Source: Haplodiscus bocki (Eukaryota). Taken from it: a stretch of DNA of 64,000 nucleotides. Of the stretch, positions 28,991-41,262 are shown piece after piece. Below the pieces are notes generated by a model. It did not search any database. It had not been told where the DNA came from and worked only from the letters and a program-made list of their open reading frames with translations. The stretch spans positions 148,738,001-148,802,000 of the forward strand of contig OZ296649.1 in assembly GCA_965655095.1 (NCBI GenBank), read 5' to 3'. Made by a program: the position numbers and the translations under genes. Positions within the stretch are counted from its first letter, which is position 1; the number at the start of each line of letters is the position of its first letter.

Positions 28991-31289
28991 GAATTCGTTC
29001 CTTCCACCAACGTATTCGTTGATACTTTTTCATTTGTAGAAGGCTTTTCCAATCGAAACTTCTTGATTTTCGCACAATGAACAGAATTATCATGGTAGGC
29101 CGAAAATTGTAACTATTATTTTGTCGATAATCAAACTCTAAATTTTCTAAAACTCGTCTGCCGTAAAATACTGCTTCCGCAAGTGAAAGACACTTTAATC
29201 GAACTAATTGTTATAGAAAATTACTAATTAGAAAGAAACAAGAAAACAGAGGCTTGAATTCTTCCGACAATGTCTGAATCGAAAACAAATTCTTCTATGT
29301 TTTACCATTCATTTCTACACCTTTTTGAAGGAAAATATCGCATTGCGACTGCGTCGTTTGTTGAATCTTTCCAGTAATTGCGGTTGGGGATTCTCAATTT
29401 TCCGGAGATGAATTTAAAATAACCAAACTGCTTCAAAGGAACAGTTTGGCTCACGGTAATTTTACATAAAGCTTTCGTCATTTTTCTGGGACGTGATACG
29501 CTTGAAAGTGCCTGCTATGTTAAAGCAAATCAGGATTGAGAATTAAAAACGACCCTCCTTTTTGTCACACAGTGGGCAGCACGAAAATTTTTGCTGCATA
29601 TCAAATGGCAATCATGTGTTGGATGAAAAAAAAATCAAATTGAATCAAAACACGACGGAAATTATGCTTTAAACGCCATGAATGAAATCAATTTTTGAAT
29701 TTTGAAGATCCAATATGCCCATGGGGGTCGTTTTTCACGGGACAATAGTTGTTTCATGTTTTGTTCCCTTCAAAAAATTTACCAGAACATCAAAAATTTA
29801 AAGTACTCTTTGGTAAAATATTTCCTGCCTAACTGTCATTACTTCAAACTCGAAAACTGCGAACACATCGTAGTTTTACACGGTGGAAAAGGCCACTGTA
29901 ATAACTGGGCACTTTTATTAAAAGCGCCGACCAAATCGGATATGTCAGTATACGGGTGATCTTGAAAAATCTTTACTTTGGGGATTTTTCTCTGAGACTG
30001 TTACAAACGGTTTTGTCGCCGCAAATTTGACTTTCGTGTTCCCCTATTTGAATGATTAAACGAAATATCGCCGCTGTTTCGAAGTTCTTCTTTGAAAAAA
30101 TTCAAAATCTAATCGGTGCAAAAAGACATCAATTTTTGACATTTTCAACGTGTCTTGTATTTTTCAAATTCTGACGTCCATTGTTCTACCCTGGCAACCA
30201 CAGCCCATAAACACCAATCTCCAAATTTCATAGGATTGAATTAATCGCCAGTTCGCACTGACAAAACTTGATTAACAATTGTATTTCGAAATACAGAATA
30301 CATATTTGATTGTGAATAGGAAAAGTATATCACGTAATTACAAATGTGCAAGATTGGAAATCGAACTTATCGGACATCATACTGATTCCTCCATTTTATC
30401 TGTACTTGAAGGCAGGAAGTTAATATCATTTGCCAAGCCAATTTCAATACCCATACGGCATTTTTTTGATGTACAAAATGTTTCTTCATACAAAGGGATT
30501 AAAAAAAAAGAGTGAATATTGTAAGTTCGCCGAAATCAAAGGTCCTCAAAGCCAATATTCGATTCTATTAATTAACAAATCAGCAAAAAGTTAATGACGA
30601 AAAACCTCTTGAGAAATTGATCGAAGTAACAACATTTTTTTTCTACCGGATTTTTTCACCTGCCCGCCCGACCACTTATCAATCAGATTTTACTGCATTG
30701 AAAATCGCCACAAATAGTAAATGAAGAAATAGTTTCTTCTAAACAAACTTGAAAGTCAGTTCTTGCAATTGACAGATGATTTTTTTTCAAAAATCTCATT
30801 CATTCATCAAATGCTACAAAGCGCAGTGAGAAGTAATCAACTAATAAATAAAAGCTAATCATTTTATAATTGAAGATAGTACTGTATCATTTAGTCAATT
30901 ATAATTACAATAACGCCAGAAGTTTCCCTATTATAACAAATATCTTCAAAGCTTTGAAACCTGTATCCTTGAGTTCTACTTGAGAGGGTCTTTTTTTAAG
31001 GAGAGCTAAAGTGAATCCAAGAAAAGGAAGCTTTTAATGAGATATTATGTTCAACAGGGAAAGAAGTAATATCAAGTTATGATTTGTGATTCATATATAA
31101 GCACCTATTTCACAGGGGAGCAGAAATGGGAGGCGGTATTTGGGGAAAGGTTTGTGTCGTCTTTGGCATTTGCCCCAGTTAAGTCCAATACTGGTCCGAA
31201 TGACTGGATGTGGTCACCCTTGTTTCTTCGTCTAAACTCTACCAAGTACTATTGTTCCAAACCAGGCAACAAAAGTAACCGCCACAGTC

Positions 31290-31901
31290 ATTTTCAGTAG
31301 TAGTCAAATTTCAAGTCCCAATTTCATGGCTAAATTTCAACTTTTGTAGAAACAAAATATCCTTAGATTTTGATCCAGTTTGTATTGGTTGGTGGTTTTT
31401 GTTTGAAAATTGGACCATTGTTTGAAAAGTTATGAGACCCCAATTTTTAAGTGTTTTCGGCCATTTTTAGAAGTTTTGCCAATTATCTCGTGGTACACGA
31501 GAAATATCGAAGCCTTCACTGATTTTACAATTTTTCGAGAAAGAAACTCCCGAGCAAATGTCGAACAAAATTTAAATTTTTCACTATACCCTCTCTTAAT
31601 ACATAGATTGAGATGCCGGTTCATATCGTGCTCGGCATCTGCTCGGAGTTTGTTTCTCTAAAGTGTAAAATCAGTGAAGTTGTCGATATTTCTTGTGTCT
31701 CACGACTTATTTGGCAACTTCAAAAAATGGCCGAAAACGCGTAAAAATTGGGGTCTCATAACTTTTCAAACAATGGTTCAATTTTCAAACAAAAACCACC
31801 AACCAATACAAACTGGATCAAAATCTAAGGATATTTTGTTTCTACAAAAGTAGAAATTTAGCCATGAAATTGGGACTTGAAATTTGGCTACCACTGAAAA
31901 T
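31290..31901. mobile_element. MITE/foldback non-autonomous DNA element with ~250 bp terminal inverted repeats
   Basis: ATTTTCAGTAGTAGTCAAATTTCAAGTCCCAATTTCATGGC... at 31290 is the reverse complement of ...GCCATGAAATTGGGACTTGAAATTTGGCTACCACTGAAAAT ending at 31901. The arms are near-identical for ~150 bp and similar to ~31530/31665. No clear TSD. Confidence 0.85.
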
Positions 31902-32607
31902 AGCATCGACGTTTACTTCTGTTGGTTAGTGTAAACGACAGATAAAAATCGGTATATGTTTTAAATTTGCAGCTCTCGAGGTACCAGTTATTAAGAAGCG
32001 AGACATCAAAATACTACCGAAAACTTTGATCACTGGTCAATCATTGGCAATGATGACACTTAGTTAAAAAACGAATAAAAACTGCATGCATATTTTGGTC
32101 AAATAGTCTTGACAACTTTCATAATCTAAAATAGCAACTTTTACACTTTTTTGATTGGAGGTGTCAGTTCTGATGATTGACAGGCGGTATGGGATGACTT
32201 GGAATAAGATCCGCCGTCGCCTTGTTTACCAAAAACAGCTGATTTGCGCCACCTTATTTACCAACAACAGCTGATTTGAGAGTTTCAAATTTGAAGCATG
32301 TATCGATTTTGGGGTTGTTGAGATCAAGAAGAGAATAAATAGGATGAATGAATAGCAGAATTATAACAGTTTATGTTTAATACATTACATTATCAACACA
32401 CAGATGTTTCTACACAACGAAGACTGAATGATTCGTTGTTTGGTTGGTAGTATGAGAAGGAGGAAGAAAAACGACACCGATGATGTTCTGTCTTCAAAGC
32501 TCTTTCCACTTTTTGCAGCAATCGTTGTACTAAGGAAACGATTGACCTATAAAACCAGGACAGAGAATGTCAGGTCAAATCATCTCAGGTGTTGTGGTGC
32601 CACATGG

Positions 32608-32783
32608 TCATAAAGGTGATACGAAATTGGAGGGGAACAATCCCGACTTTCCTCTCAGTTCGCCCGTCCACCAGTCGTTGTCGTCTTTGCACAGAATGTT
32701 GATCACATCTCCCACGTTGAACGTCAATTCATCGTCTCGTTCGGCCGTGAATGCAAATTGTGCTCGTACTCTTTCAGCAGTTC
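32608..32783 (-). CDS. ITSN: Terminal coding exon of intersectin/Dap160-like adaptor, C-terminal SH3 domain (SH3E-like)
   Basis: Acceptor tttgtag|GA at 32784/32783 (phase 1). Encodes (G)TAERVRAQFAFTAERDDELTFNVGDVINILCKDDNDWWTGELRGKSGLFPSNFVSPL*, which carries the canonical SH3 motifs ELxF, WW and GLFPxNF. TGA at 32610-32608. Confidence 0.85.
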
Positions 32784-33040
32784 CTACAAACAGAAAAGAC
32801 CATCTTTGAGATAGTGCAGCTTCCAAACCTCGAATTAAACAGTACTGTGAAAAGTTCAGTCGTAACATTAGGGAGCAAGTTATGGCTAATCAAAACATAG
32901 GAATCAAGCATGCTAGGTATTAAGCGCTAAAAAATTAGAATTGTAAAAACTTGGAATTGAGCAAAATTAGCAAACACTGATTGATAATTTAGAAAAAGGC
33001 GGAAAATAAGATGCGAATTAAATTGACAAATTTGAGCATA

Positions 33041-33798
33041 AAGTAGTGATTTTAATTAATGCGACAACTTTAATGCATAAGTCAACTTTAAGCACGAATA
33101 ACTTCGGGAATAATCATTTGGGACAAAAGTACCAGAAACAAAATGTTCTTAGAAATTTCAGGAGATTACAATGGTGTTTGTTTGAAAAATTTCCAACGAA
33201 TAGAGCAAAAACTAGAGAATGCGTTTTTGGCCAAATTTTCCATTCTTTTGAGAATTTCGTAACTTTAAAAAGTTAAATATGGAATTTTACTTCATCAATA
33301 GATGCCCCTGATGTTTCTGCGACAGAGATATTATCTGTCGACGGAACAGTTTTCAAAAACTTCCAAAATTCATCTTGAATCTATCAAATTTGAAAATCAA
33401 TGTATTAACAGAGGATTTTAAAATTATACTTTTACTTTTTGCAATTTCTTCTGAAAATTCAAAGTTGTGAAAAAAGTGTTAGATAAAGGCTATGGGGAAT
33501 AACCAAAACTAACAAGTTATGTAATTTGTTTCTAGCTATTTTGCCTCATTGTCGATTTTTTACAGAAACTGCTAAAATTAGTCAATATTCGCAATGCTTG
33601 CATGGTTTACCTACTCAACTTTGGGACGCAATTTTCTACATCTTTGAACCACTTCTTTTAGCAAATAAATCGTAGCCCTGTTAATGAGCTTTCTCAGAGT
33701 ACCTTTGTTTACTCTGATCTCTCATTATTTACTTCCCCACTTAGGATTTTGTAAAGCGTATCAAAATTGCTTAGTTGCATTAATCAAAATCAATAGTG
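33041..33798 (+). mobile_element. Tc1/mariner-type MITE, copy A (~760 bp)
   Basis: TA|AAGTAGTGATTTTAATTAATGC...GCATTAATCAAAATCAATAGTG|TA. Slightly decayed TIRs with TA flanks; inverted homolog of 34408-35173. Confidence 0.8.
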
Positions 33799-33843
33799 TA
33801 TTTCAATAAATTACTGCACGTACTTTAAAACGAAGAGCGAATA

Positions 33844-34383
33844 CAGTAGTGTCAGAAAAGAAAGAAATCTTTATTTCTGAATTAATACTGGAACGCTACA
33901 TATACTTGCGTAATACTCAGAAACAACTGAAAATCACAAATTATGTCACAAACAAAAGTTTCCTCGAATTTTATTAGATTACAATGGTGTTTGATTGAAA
34001 CTTCTAGGATCATTATTATAGAAGTTAGCAGATTTTGCACCTCTATGTATTAAGAAAGGAGGTTGATTTTGCGTCACAACTTCCGATGTTTTAAGTACAT
34101 TCTACTCCGTTTTTGTTTACATTTCATATACTGTTAAGATACCTTTCATCTACTGATTACACTCAGAAGTTGGCAGCTCCCCAGTGTTTACACTATCAAA
34201 ATGCGGAGATATTTCTTGAGAAAAAGTAGTCATTCTACGAAAAAAAAAGCAGATAAAATTGTAAGAAACTTTTGTTTCCAACATAATTTGTGATTTGCAG
34301 TTCTTTTTGAGTATTACACAAGTATATGTAGCGTTCCAGTATTATTTCACAAATAAAGGTTCCTTTCTTTTCTGACACTACTG
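33844..34383. mobile_element. Tc1/mariner-type MITE C (~540 bp, ~130 bp TIRs)
   Basis: TA|CAGTAGTGTCAGAAAAGAAAG...CTTTCTTTTCTGACACTACTG|TA. Shares the terminal CAGTAGTG with copies A and B. Confidence 0.85.
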
Positions 34384-34407
34384 TAGTGAAGAGTGACATT
34401 CGCTCTA

Positions 34408-35173
34408 CAGTAGTGATTTTAATTAATGCTACTAAGCAATTTTGATACGCTCTACAAAATCCCAAGTTGAAAAGTAAATATTAGATCAGAGTAAACAACG
34501 GTACTCTGAGAAAGCTCATTAAAAGAGCTACGACATGGTTGTTTTAATTGCGAAAACAAGTACTTCATAAGAGTAGGAAATCAAGTCCCAAAGTTGAGTA
34601 AATAAACTATGCAAGCATTGCGAATTTTGACTAACTTGGGCAATTTTCGTAAAAAATCGACAATGACGCAAACTAGCTACAAACAAATTACATCATTTAT
34701 TAGTTTTGGTTATTCCCCAGACCTTTTATATTTAACACTTTTCTGACAACTTTGAATTTTCAGAAGAAATTGCAAAAAGTGAAAGTATAAATTTAAAATC
34801 CTCTGTTAATACATTGATTTTCAAATTTGATAGATTCAAGATGAATTTTGGAAGTTTTTGAAAACTGTTCCGTCGACAGATAATATCTCTGTCGCAGAAA
34901 CATCAGGGGCATCTATTGATGAAGTAAAATTCCATATTTAACTTTTTAAAGTTACGAAATTCTCAAAAGAATGGAAAATTTGGCCAAAAACGCATTCTCT
35001 AGTTTTTGCTCTATTCGTTGGAAATTTTTCAAACAAACACCATTGTAATCTCCTGAAATTTCTAAGAACATTTTGTTTCTGGTACTTTTGTCCGAAATGA
35101 TTATTCCCGAAGTTATTCGTGCTTAAATTTGACTGATGCATTAAAGTTGTCGCATTAATTAAAATCACTACTG
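34408..35173 (-). mobile_element. Tc1/mariner-type MITE, copy B (766 bp), inverted relative to copy A
   Basis: TA|CAGTAGTGATTTTAATTAATGC...GCATTAATTAAAATCACTACTG|TA: perfect 22 bp TIR with TA TSD. Confidence 0.88.
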
Positions 35174-35502
35174 TAGCTTGAGGAAGAACCACAGAAAATA
35201 AATAGAAATGAATGAAAGTAATTAACCAGAAAGAGATTAACCCGCTTCACTCTGATTGCTCAGCCTGCCTGTCGCAACGATTTGCAAAGAAAAAAGAAGG
35301 TGCAATCAAAAGGCCTCAAACAAGCTTAATTCCAATAAAAGACTAGTTGACTTTTGAGCAAAATTGTAAAAAATAAGCATCAAGGGCTATTAGTCATTAA
35401 ACAGTAAGAATTTAGAATAATCACAAGAAGAAGAAGAAGAAAGATTTATCTACAAGTTCTGCACACGTACTCATGAGATAAATTGTTAAACTGAACATAT
35501 AC

Positions 35503-35608
35503 CTGGAGCTTTTCTCTCGGGAGATGAATTTGCAGAGGCAATGGGTGTTAGTCCAGAAGAGATAAGACGCACGTAATCGCCAGGGAACCATCCCTTCTTC
35601 TTTTCACC
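35503..35608 (-). CDS. ITSN: Internal 106 nt exon of intersectin-like gene (second half of SH3D plus linker); not in the ORF track
   Basis: Acceptor ...cactgtag|GGT at 35609/35608 and donor CCAG|gtatat at 35503/35502. Translates GEKKKGWFPGDYVRLISSGLTPIASANSSPERKAP(G). Phase 0 in and phase 1 out match both neighbouring exons. Confidence 0.88.
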
Positions 35609-38039
35609 CTACAGTGTAAAAAACAATGACCCAATGTATACAAAATTTATCCGTTCCATGATAACTACTTGATTATCCAAATATGTGCCATCTTTTCACA
35701 AACATGCTTGAGGTTATGATACTCAGAATTAGAAAATCTCCATTCAATACCAAAGTCGACACTCACTTTCAGCAGCTTCAAAAACTTAGTCACGTTTCAA
35801 CTTCAATGAAAACTGATGGTGTGATAGCCCATGAAAAGTTTCATTAGAATTTTTCACTATCATGGAATATAACTAGCCAAAATCCTTCACCAATCGTGTA
35901 TTAGGTATTTCCCCCAAATTTTCATTTACTCCGTGTAGTCAAAAGTGAGACTTTGGAGCCGGTGCTAGTAGTAGTGTAAAGTGGTTTTAGTGCTATTTTG
36001 ACTCCTTTGCACAATAACGAAACTTTTGCAGTACATTGACGAAAATTTCTTGAACAGCTTAAAGGCAAGCAAAACCACAAAAGCAAACCCAAATTAAATT
36101 TGAGAGCTGGCTGACAACTGAATATACAAGGACCTAAATTTGTCAACGTAGTGTGAAGATAATCAACAAAACTCCAATTACAAAATAAAACCACCATGAA
36201 GCACAAAACGTTGAAAACTAACCGTGGGCTCAGCCAGCAGCATAATCCAGCAAAGTAATGAGAATTTGAGATAAAAGTAGGGAAGTTTTGTTATGTGGTA
36301 AACAGAGGTAAAAAGGAACTTTTAACCACGGTATAAAACCAAATTGACTGTCTCGAACGGGTTCCTAGCACAGAGACTAACACGCAATTCCGCCGCCGTT
36401 GACGCCGCGGATTGCAACCAACATCCACGGACACAGGGGCCGTGCTAGAAGCTCTTTTGGTTTCACCGAAAAATCCAGAGGAAAGAAAAAATTACAACGG
36501 AGGCGGATCTGTAAAGAACTGTGAAAAAATTACTCGCCACTTATTCAAACGCCCCCATATGACTAGTATTTTTCGTAAAGCGCCCAGCAACTTCTATTAC
36601 TGGATAGTTTTTTGTGATGAGGATTCCGCAGGAGATCCAATTTCACCTTGAAATAGTGCGAAAACATTTACTGAAACGAATGAATTTGAAACACCAAAAA
36701 CACTAAGTTAAATTACCAAAACAATTGTAGCTTCAACGAAGTGAGATTACAGTCGAAGACTCCACGCGCATGGCTGTAAGGATATCTGTTCAGGGATAGC
36801 ACAGCCTCATTTTGATTTATTTTTTTGATATCAAGACTCGTTGGAGCGGAGTCTTATTTCAAAAAGGCTTTAGCGACGACCCGAGAAAAACGGACTAATA
36901 GCCAGTAATGTTAGGCTATGAAGTTTCATCTATCTAGGCTAGTCAAATGTTAGTCTAGTGAAAAACGTTTGAAGATGGAAAAATATTCGTCCAGCACTTC
37001 TCGATTGTATGGTGACCGGCTGTAGAGGATATCTCCATCTCACGTGACTTTCAGTTTGGACTGTAAGTACAAAGTAATTTGAGTGTTCCATCGCAAAATC
37101 TACTCAAAAGTTAGGACATCAACGACACCGACAAAGTTGATCATTTGTGCAAGGCATTACTGCTGCAAAAAAATCTTGCAGTTTGAAAAGATCCTGTTGT
37201 GTACTATATAGACATACTTAAGCGTGATTACGTCACAAAAACACATGGAAAGTGAACTTGGGTTGTTCTTATGTTCAACTCTGTTGTTTTGAAGGTGTTG
37301 CAGCACAGAAAAAAAAACAATTCACTCGGCAATCGAGACATTTTGGTCTATCATTTGTATTTGTTTGCATTTTTGAAAAGAATACAAAGTTTCCTTGAAT
37401 CAATTTTAAATGAAACTTCGTTCATAAAAATTCAGGCTTCACCCAACATCTGAGTGATACGAAATGCGCACCATTTCAATTGCCCAGGAACTAGAGTGTA
37501 CGTTAAATACGATAACTTTTTTCTTGAAAACTGTGACGCACAAATGCGTATTTAGCAGTATGTTACACTATCAGCAAAGAAATAAACTTTCAATGTGCCA
37601 AATAACATCAGACCTGGTTATGTCTATGCACACTCGGATAAAGCCATCTTCGCAAACTATCTTTTTAGGACATGTGGAAGTTTGCGAATGCTCAAGATAC
37701 GGAAGATATTACTTTTAATCATTTCGACTTGAAGTTCCACAAATGTCAGCCGCCCGCTCCTACGTTGAAACTTCAACCTCTATCCCTATTTCAAGTACCA
37801 GAAACCTAACTGGCCGATTTATCCCCAAAACAACAGTATGTCGAGAGCAACCTACAGTTGTCAGTTCAAAAATCCGATATAACCTGAATCGAGTTCATTT
37901 GAATTTGATTGAATTGCAACGACTTCACCAAATTTATATTTTTTGGTGACCCTGGCCAGAAATCAACCCTCTCAAGATCATCAGCAGTAACTAGCAGTCG
38001 CTGCAGTGTCGCCTTCCTTGACTCAAAATTGAAAATATC

Positions 38040-38460
38040 ATTCCGACGAACAAAAGAAAGATCTCCATTTGAAGTAAACTTTTGGTGTTTCGAAACGGCA
38101 ATATGCAACACAGCAATTTTTTCTGTCACTACAGTATCTGATCAATTTTGGAGCGATTTTGAGTATTGGTTACTTGACGCTAAGCTTTGAAAGTGACTAT
38201 TATTGGATACACCATCGCTGGTCGAAAAGCATGAAGGAGTCAGTTCATACAATTCCTCATTGCTTCATTTCAATCGAGGGCCCACGTCGTTGTGGTGAAT
38301 TTCACTTGGTATCTCGAAAAAATCTCAACCAATAAAACTTTCCAAGCTGAATTTGAGATTATTTACACTTTTACAAACATTCACAAGCTCATTACGAATC
38401 AGTTCTATTAAGACACACACGCGAAAAGATATCTATCGAATTCCGTCGGTGATTTCAATG
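38040..38460 (+). pseudogene. Possible APE-type endonuclease remnant of a non-LTR retrotransposon
   Basis: Decayed motifs in the expected order: IFSVT.. (IxLxETW-like), KHEGV (HGGV-like) and VGDFN at ~38445-38459. Multiple stops and frameshifts. Confidence 0.45.
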
Positions 38461-38489
38461 GACCGCAGTAGATAAAAGTGAGGCTCGGA

Positions 38490-38919
38490 ACTAGAGAACA
38501 TTGACGATTGTTGACGATTTTTGTCAACATGCTCGTGAAAATGCTCCTTTTGTCAATTTAGTTGTTGCTGGGAGAAACCGTAATGTCCATTTGATGACTA
38601 GGACACAATTTTTACCAACCAGCCAAAAATTCAAAAATGATTGACCTCAACGTAACGCAAATGATCTTTTTAAAAAAAACACTGTGATCTGGAGTAAGTT
38701 GGGATGTCGTGTAGAAAACTGGGTGACAGGAAACTTCTTTTGGAGGCGTAAAAAACAGCGACGCAGAAACAGATTGGTCATCTGTTGCTTGATTAGGAGC
38801 AACAAAGAGACCCCAAATCGAAGTACTGTTCACTTTGTTGTGGCTTCCAACCCACTGTATTTTATATGTCCACAAATGTAACCGGATATAATATTAACGA
38901 TGACTCAACGCGACTTTAA
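38490..38919 (+). pseudogene. Polinton packaging ATPase (A32/FtsK-like), C-terminal half, disrupted
   Basis: RTLTIVDDFCQHARENAPFVNLVVAGRNRNVHLM (Walker B plus GRH-like motif), then HNFYQPAKNSKMIDLNVTQMIFLK and KLLLEA*KTATQKQIGHLLLD*...KYCS...PTVFY. Walker A was not seen. Confidence 0.8.
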
Positions 38920-39990
38920 CCCTGAATTATGCTAAAGTTGTTCCAATGCCCAAAGTGAAGGACCGTAGTAATGTATCTAATTTCTAATCTGTCTCTGTTT
39001 CTCCGGTTCTATCGAGATTAATTAAATTATGTCAAAGATTAGTTATAAGCAAGTATCTACTTCCTATTTCTTCACCAAAATTATTACCAAATTAATTCGG
39101 ATTCAGAAAAATGCATCTATTTCAATGACGCTCTTTTCTTTACAGAACTTTGTTGCCGAGGCTCAAGACAACAATTATGACTATATCAGAGTTTTCTCAC
39201 TAGATTTATCGAAAGCGTTCGACAAGCTCCGCATTATTCGCTCATCGTCAACGCTTTCTAAGATCTGCAACCTCCACCAAATCCTTTTATCTTTTCAATC
39301 TTCATATCCTTTTTATGCAACCGTAGACAATTTGTCTGACAAATCTCAAGAATCAGACATATTACCAATCAAATTTGATTCTACCTGAGGGTCCGTATCT
39401 CCCGCTTATTTCTTCAATATTGCAATGTCCAAATTATGAAACCCTGCTCCGGAAGAAACCATCATCATTGGGTTCGCTAAACACCATGCCCCCATGTATA
39501 ACCGGTAAATTTGGAAATGGTTTATTCAAAAACAACGCAATTCTATTACTCGAAAAATTTATTGAATTCTTTCATGACAACAAACAATTTTTGAATCATA
39601 GCAAATCGGGAGAAATTGTTGTATGGCAGAGACGACCAAAAATTTTGCACTGTTCAGCACAGTACCTTTACATTGGACAAGATTAACAATTGAAAATACA
39701 AAGTTTCCTGGTGGATCGACAAACGTATAATTCACATTGAAAAAGCTATTCAAAAAACCAATTCAACTGTATCTATCTAAAGCTCAAAAGACTTGTAAAT
39801 TGTCCAACTGAATTGCACCTTCTTTTTTCACTAGTTCAAATTCTCAAACTGAATTGCACCTTCTTTTCACTAGTTTACTGTTATCAACTGAAAGCAATCG
39901 TTTTACTGTATGGAGCGGAGCGAAAAAACTTATCGAAAACTGACAAAATTTTAGGTTTTGCTTATAGACGTGACTTACGTAATAAACAAC
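38920..39990 (+). pseudogene. 5'-truncated non-LTR (LINE) reverse transcriptase remnant
   Basis: AKVVPMPKV...SNF*SVSVSPVLSRL (RT domain 0/1), FGFRKxxS-like sequence at ~39095 and YDYIRVFSLDLSKAFDKL (DxSKAFD). Many frameshifts; the 3' boundary is approximate. Confidence 0.75.
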
Positions 39991-40222
39991 TACTGATATC
40001 GAAAGTATTGACAACAATCCAGTGAAACACGCCATTCCAACGCGACCAAATTATTGTGAAGACCGATTACACAGCAAACGCCATGTTCAAAAAAGGAGCA
40101 GAAAGATGTTTTTTTGTCTAATATTTTACCTAATAGCGTCTGGAAATGCTACACCTAATTTGTCCTGCAGGGATGTGTATCTCTCTTTTAAGCTTTTCTT
40201 TGCTTCTTCAGTAACATGAAAC

Positions 40223-40477
40223 ATGATCCGAAGCAAACGTTCATTTTACAATTTCATTGAAATTAAAAAAAAATCAAAATGTCTTCTCAACGTTGTACAT
40301 GGTGAAATCGAGATGACTGCGACCTTATCACCAAAGAAGCTAAAGAGGCATGAGGTCGAATTTGAGTTACCCTGTAAAAAGAACAGGAGGATTAAAAGCA
40401 AGCGCCACTTTCTAGCTTCCAAAAAAAAGAATCAAACCCGTTTATCTCATAAGAGTTCTGGCTTCTTCACCATTTGA
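40223..40477 (+). pseudogene. Small basic Polinton accessory ORF (decayed)
   Basis: KCLLNVVHGEIEM...LKRHEVEFELPCKKNRRIKSKRHFL resembles the small ECxLNxxxGxI...KRxxL ORF recalled next to Polinton ATPases. Lies between the TIRs. Confidence 0.5.
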
Positions 40478-40504
40478 CGAAACGACTCGATAAAAAATAG
40501 TAGC

Positions 40505-41156
40505 ATGGAGGACATTGCTTTGAGAACGTTCGATGGGTACACGTCATCAATACCCTCGAAAAATCCAGTCAACAACGATCAACCGTCATAGGAAACATAG
40601 GGCACAAACATAGACGCCACCATTCATTAGGACATTTTGAACGCCTGCGTCGGTATGCAGAGTCAGAACATACCGGAGTTCGAGGACAGAGAAGTGTGTG
40701 CTCAAATAAACATGAATTCTAGATAGACAAACAAAAAAGCGGAAGGATGCAATGTCTGACGACACCTTAGCTGACCACAATAAAACGGTTGCGGAAACGG
40801 AGCAAACTATTCTCGATTTGTTTTACCCAGGACCTTCGAGTGTTAAAGTTGAGCGGTCACGACAATTTTCGAAAAATGACCAATGTAGTATCCTATCGAT
40901 CAACCGAGGACCAGGTCTACTGCTTTGTGACCGAGATCTCGCTATAACGGTTTTTGACCTTATAAATGAACTAAAATGTACAACGAAAAGCTTCAAATAA
41001 ATAACCCTAGATACAGCGAGGCGACAGAAATTGCCTAAAGTTCAACTCGCTAACACGAATGCTAAACGCGTACCTACAGAAATGGCGGTCTCTGACAGCA
41101 ATGATCTAGAGGAAATTGGAAGCTGCTCTACAGCCAAGTTGCTGCAATTTTACTGA
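40505..41156 (+). pseudogene. Polinton accessory ORF remnant of unknown function
   Basis: Interrupted reading frame (MEDIAL...; KVERSRQ...ILSINR...LLLCDRDLAITVFDLINELKCTTK) in gene-dense order between the small ORF and the integrase. Confidence 0.4.
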
Positions 41157-41262
41157 TCTGCACACTCTTGTTGAATCATTTCACAGATGAACTTGTTTTC
41201 CGAACAGTTATTCGACATACTATAGAACACGGAGTGAACGGTTCACACTCAGAAGATATACG

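Noticed and set aside
32218-32280. ~30 bp direct repeat downstream of the stop codon
   Set aside because: Two copies only; an ordinary local duplication.
32784-32868. N-terminal extension of the 86 aa SH3 ORF as a standalone gene
   Set aside because: It lies upstream of a good acceptor whose phase matches the 35503 donor, so it is intronic.
33046-35192. Duplicated 76/84 aa ORFs as genes or transposase
   Set aside because: They fall in the inverted MITE arms and show no DDE or other motif.
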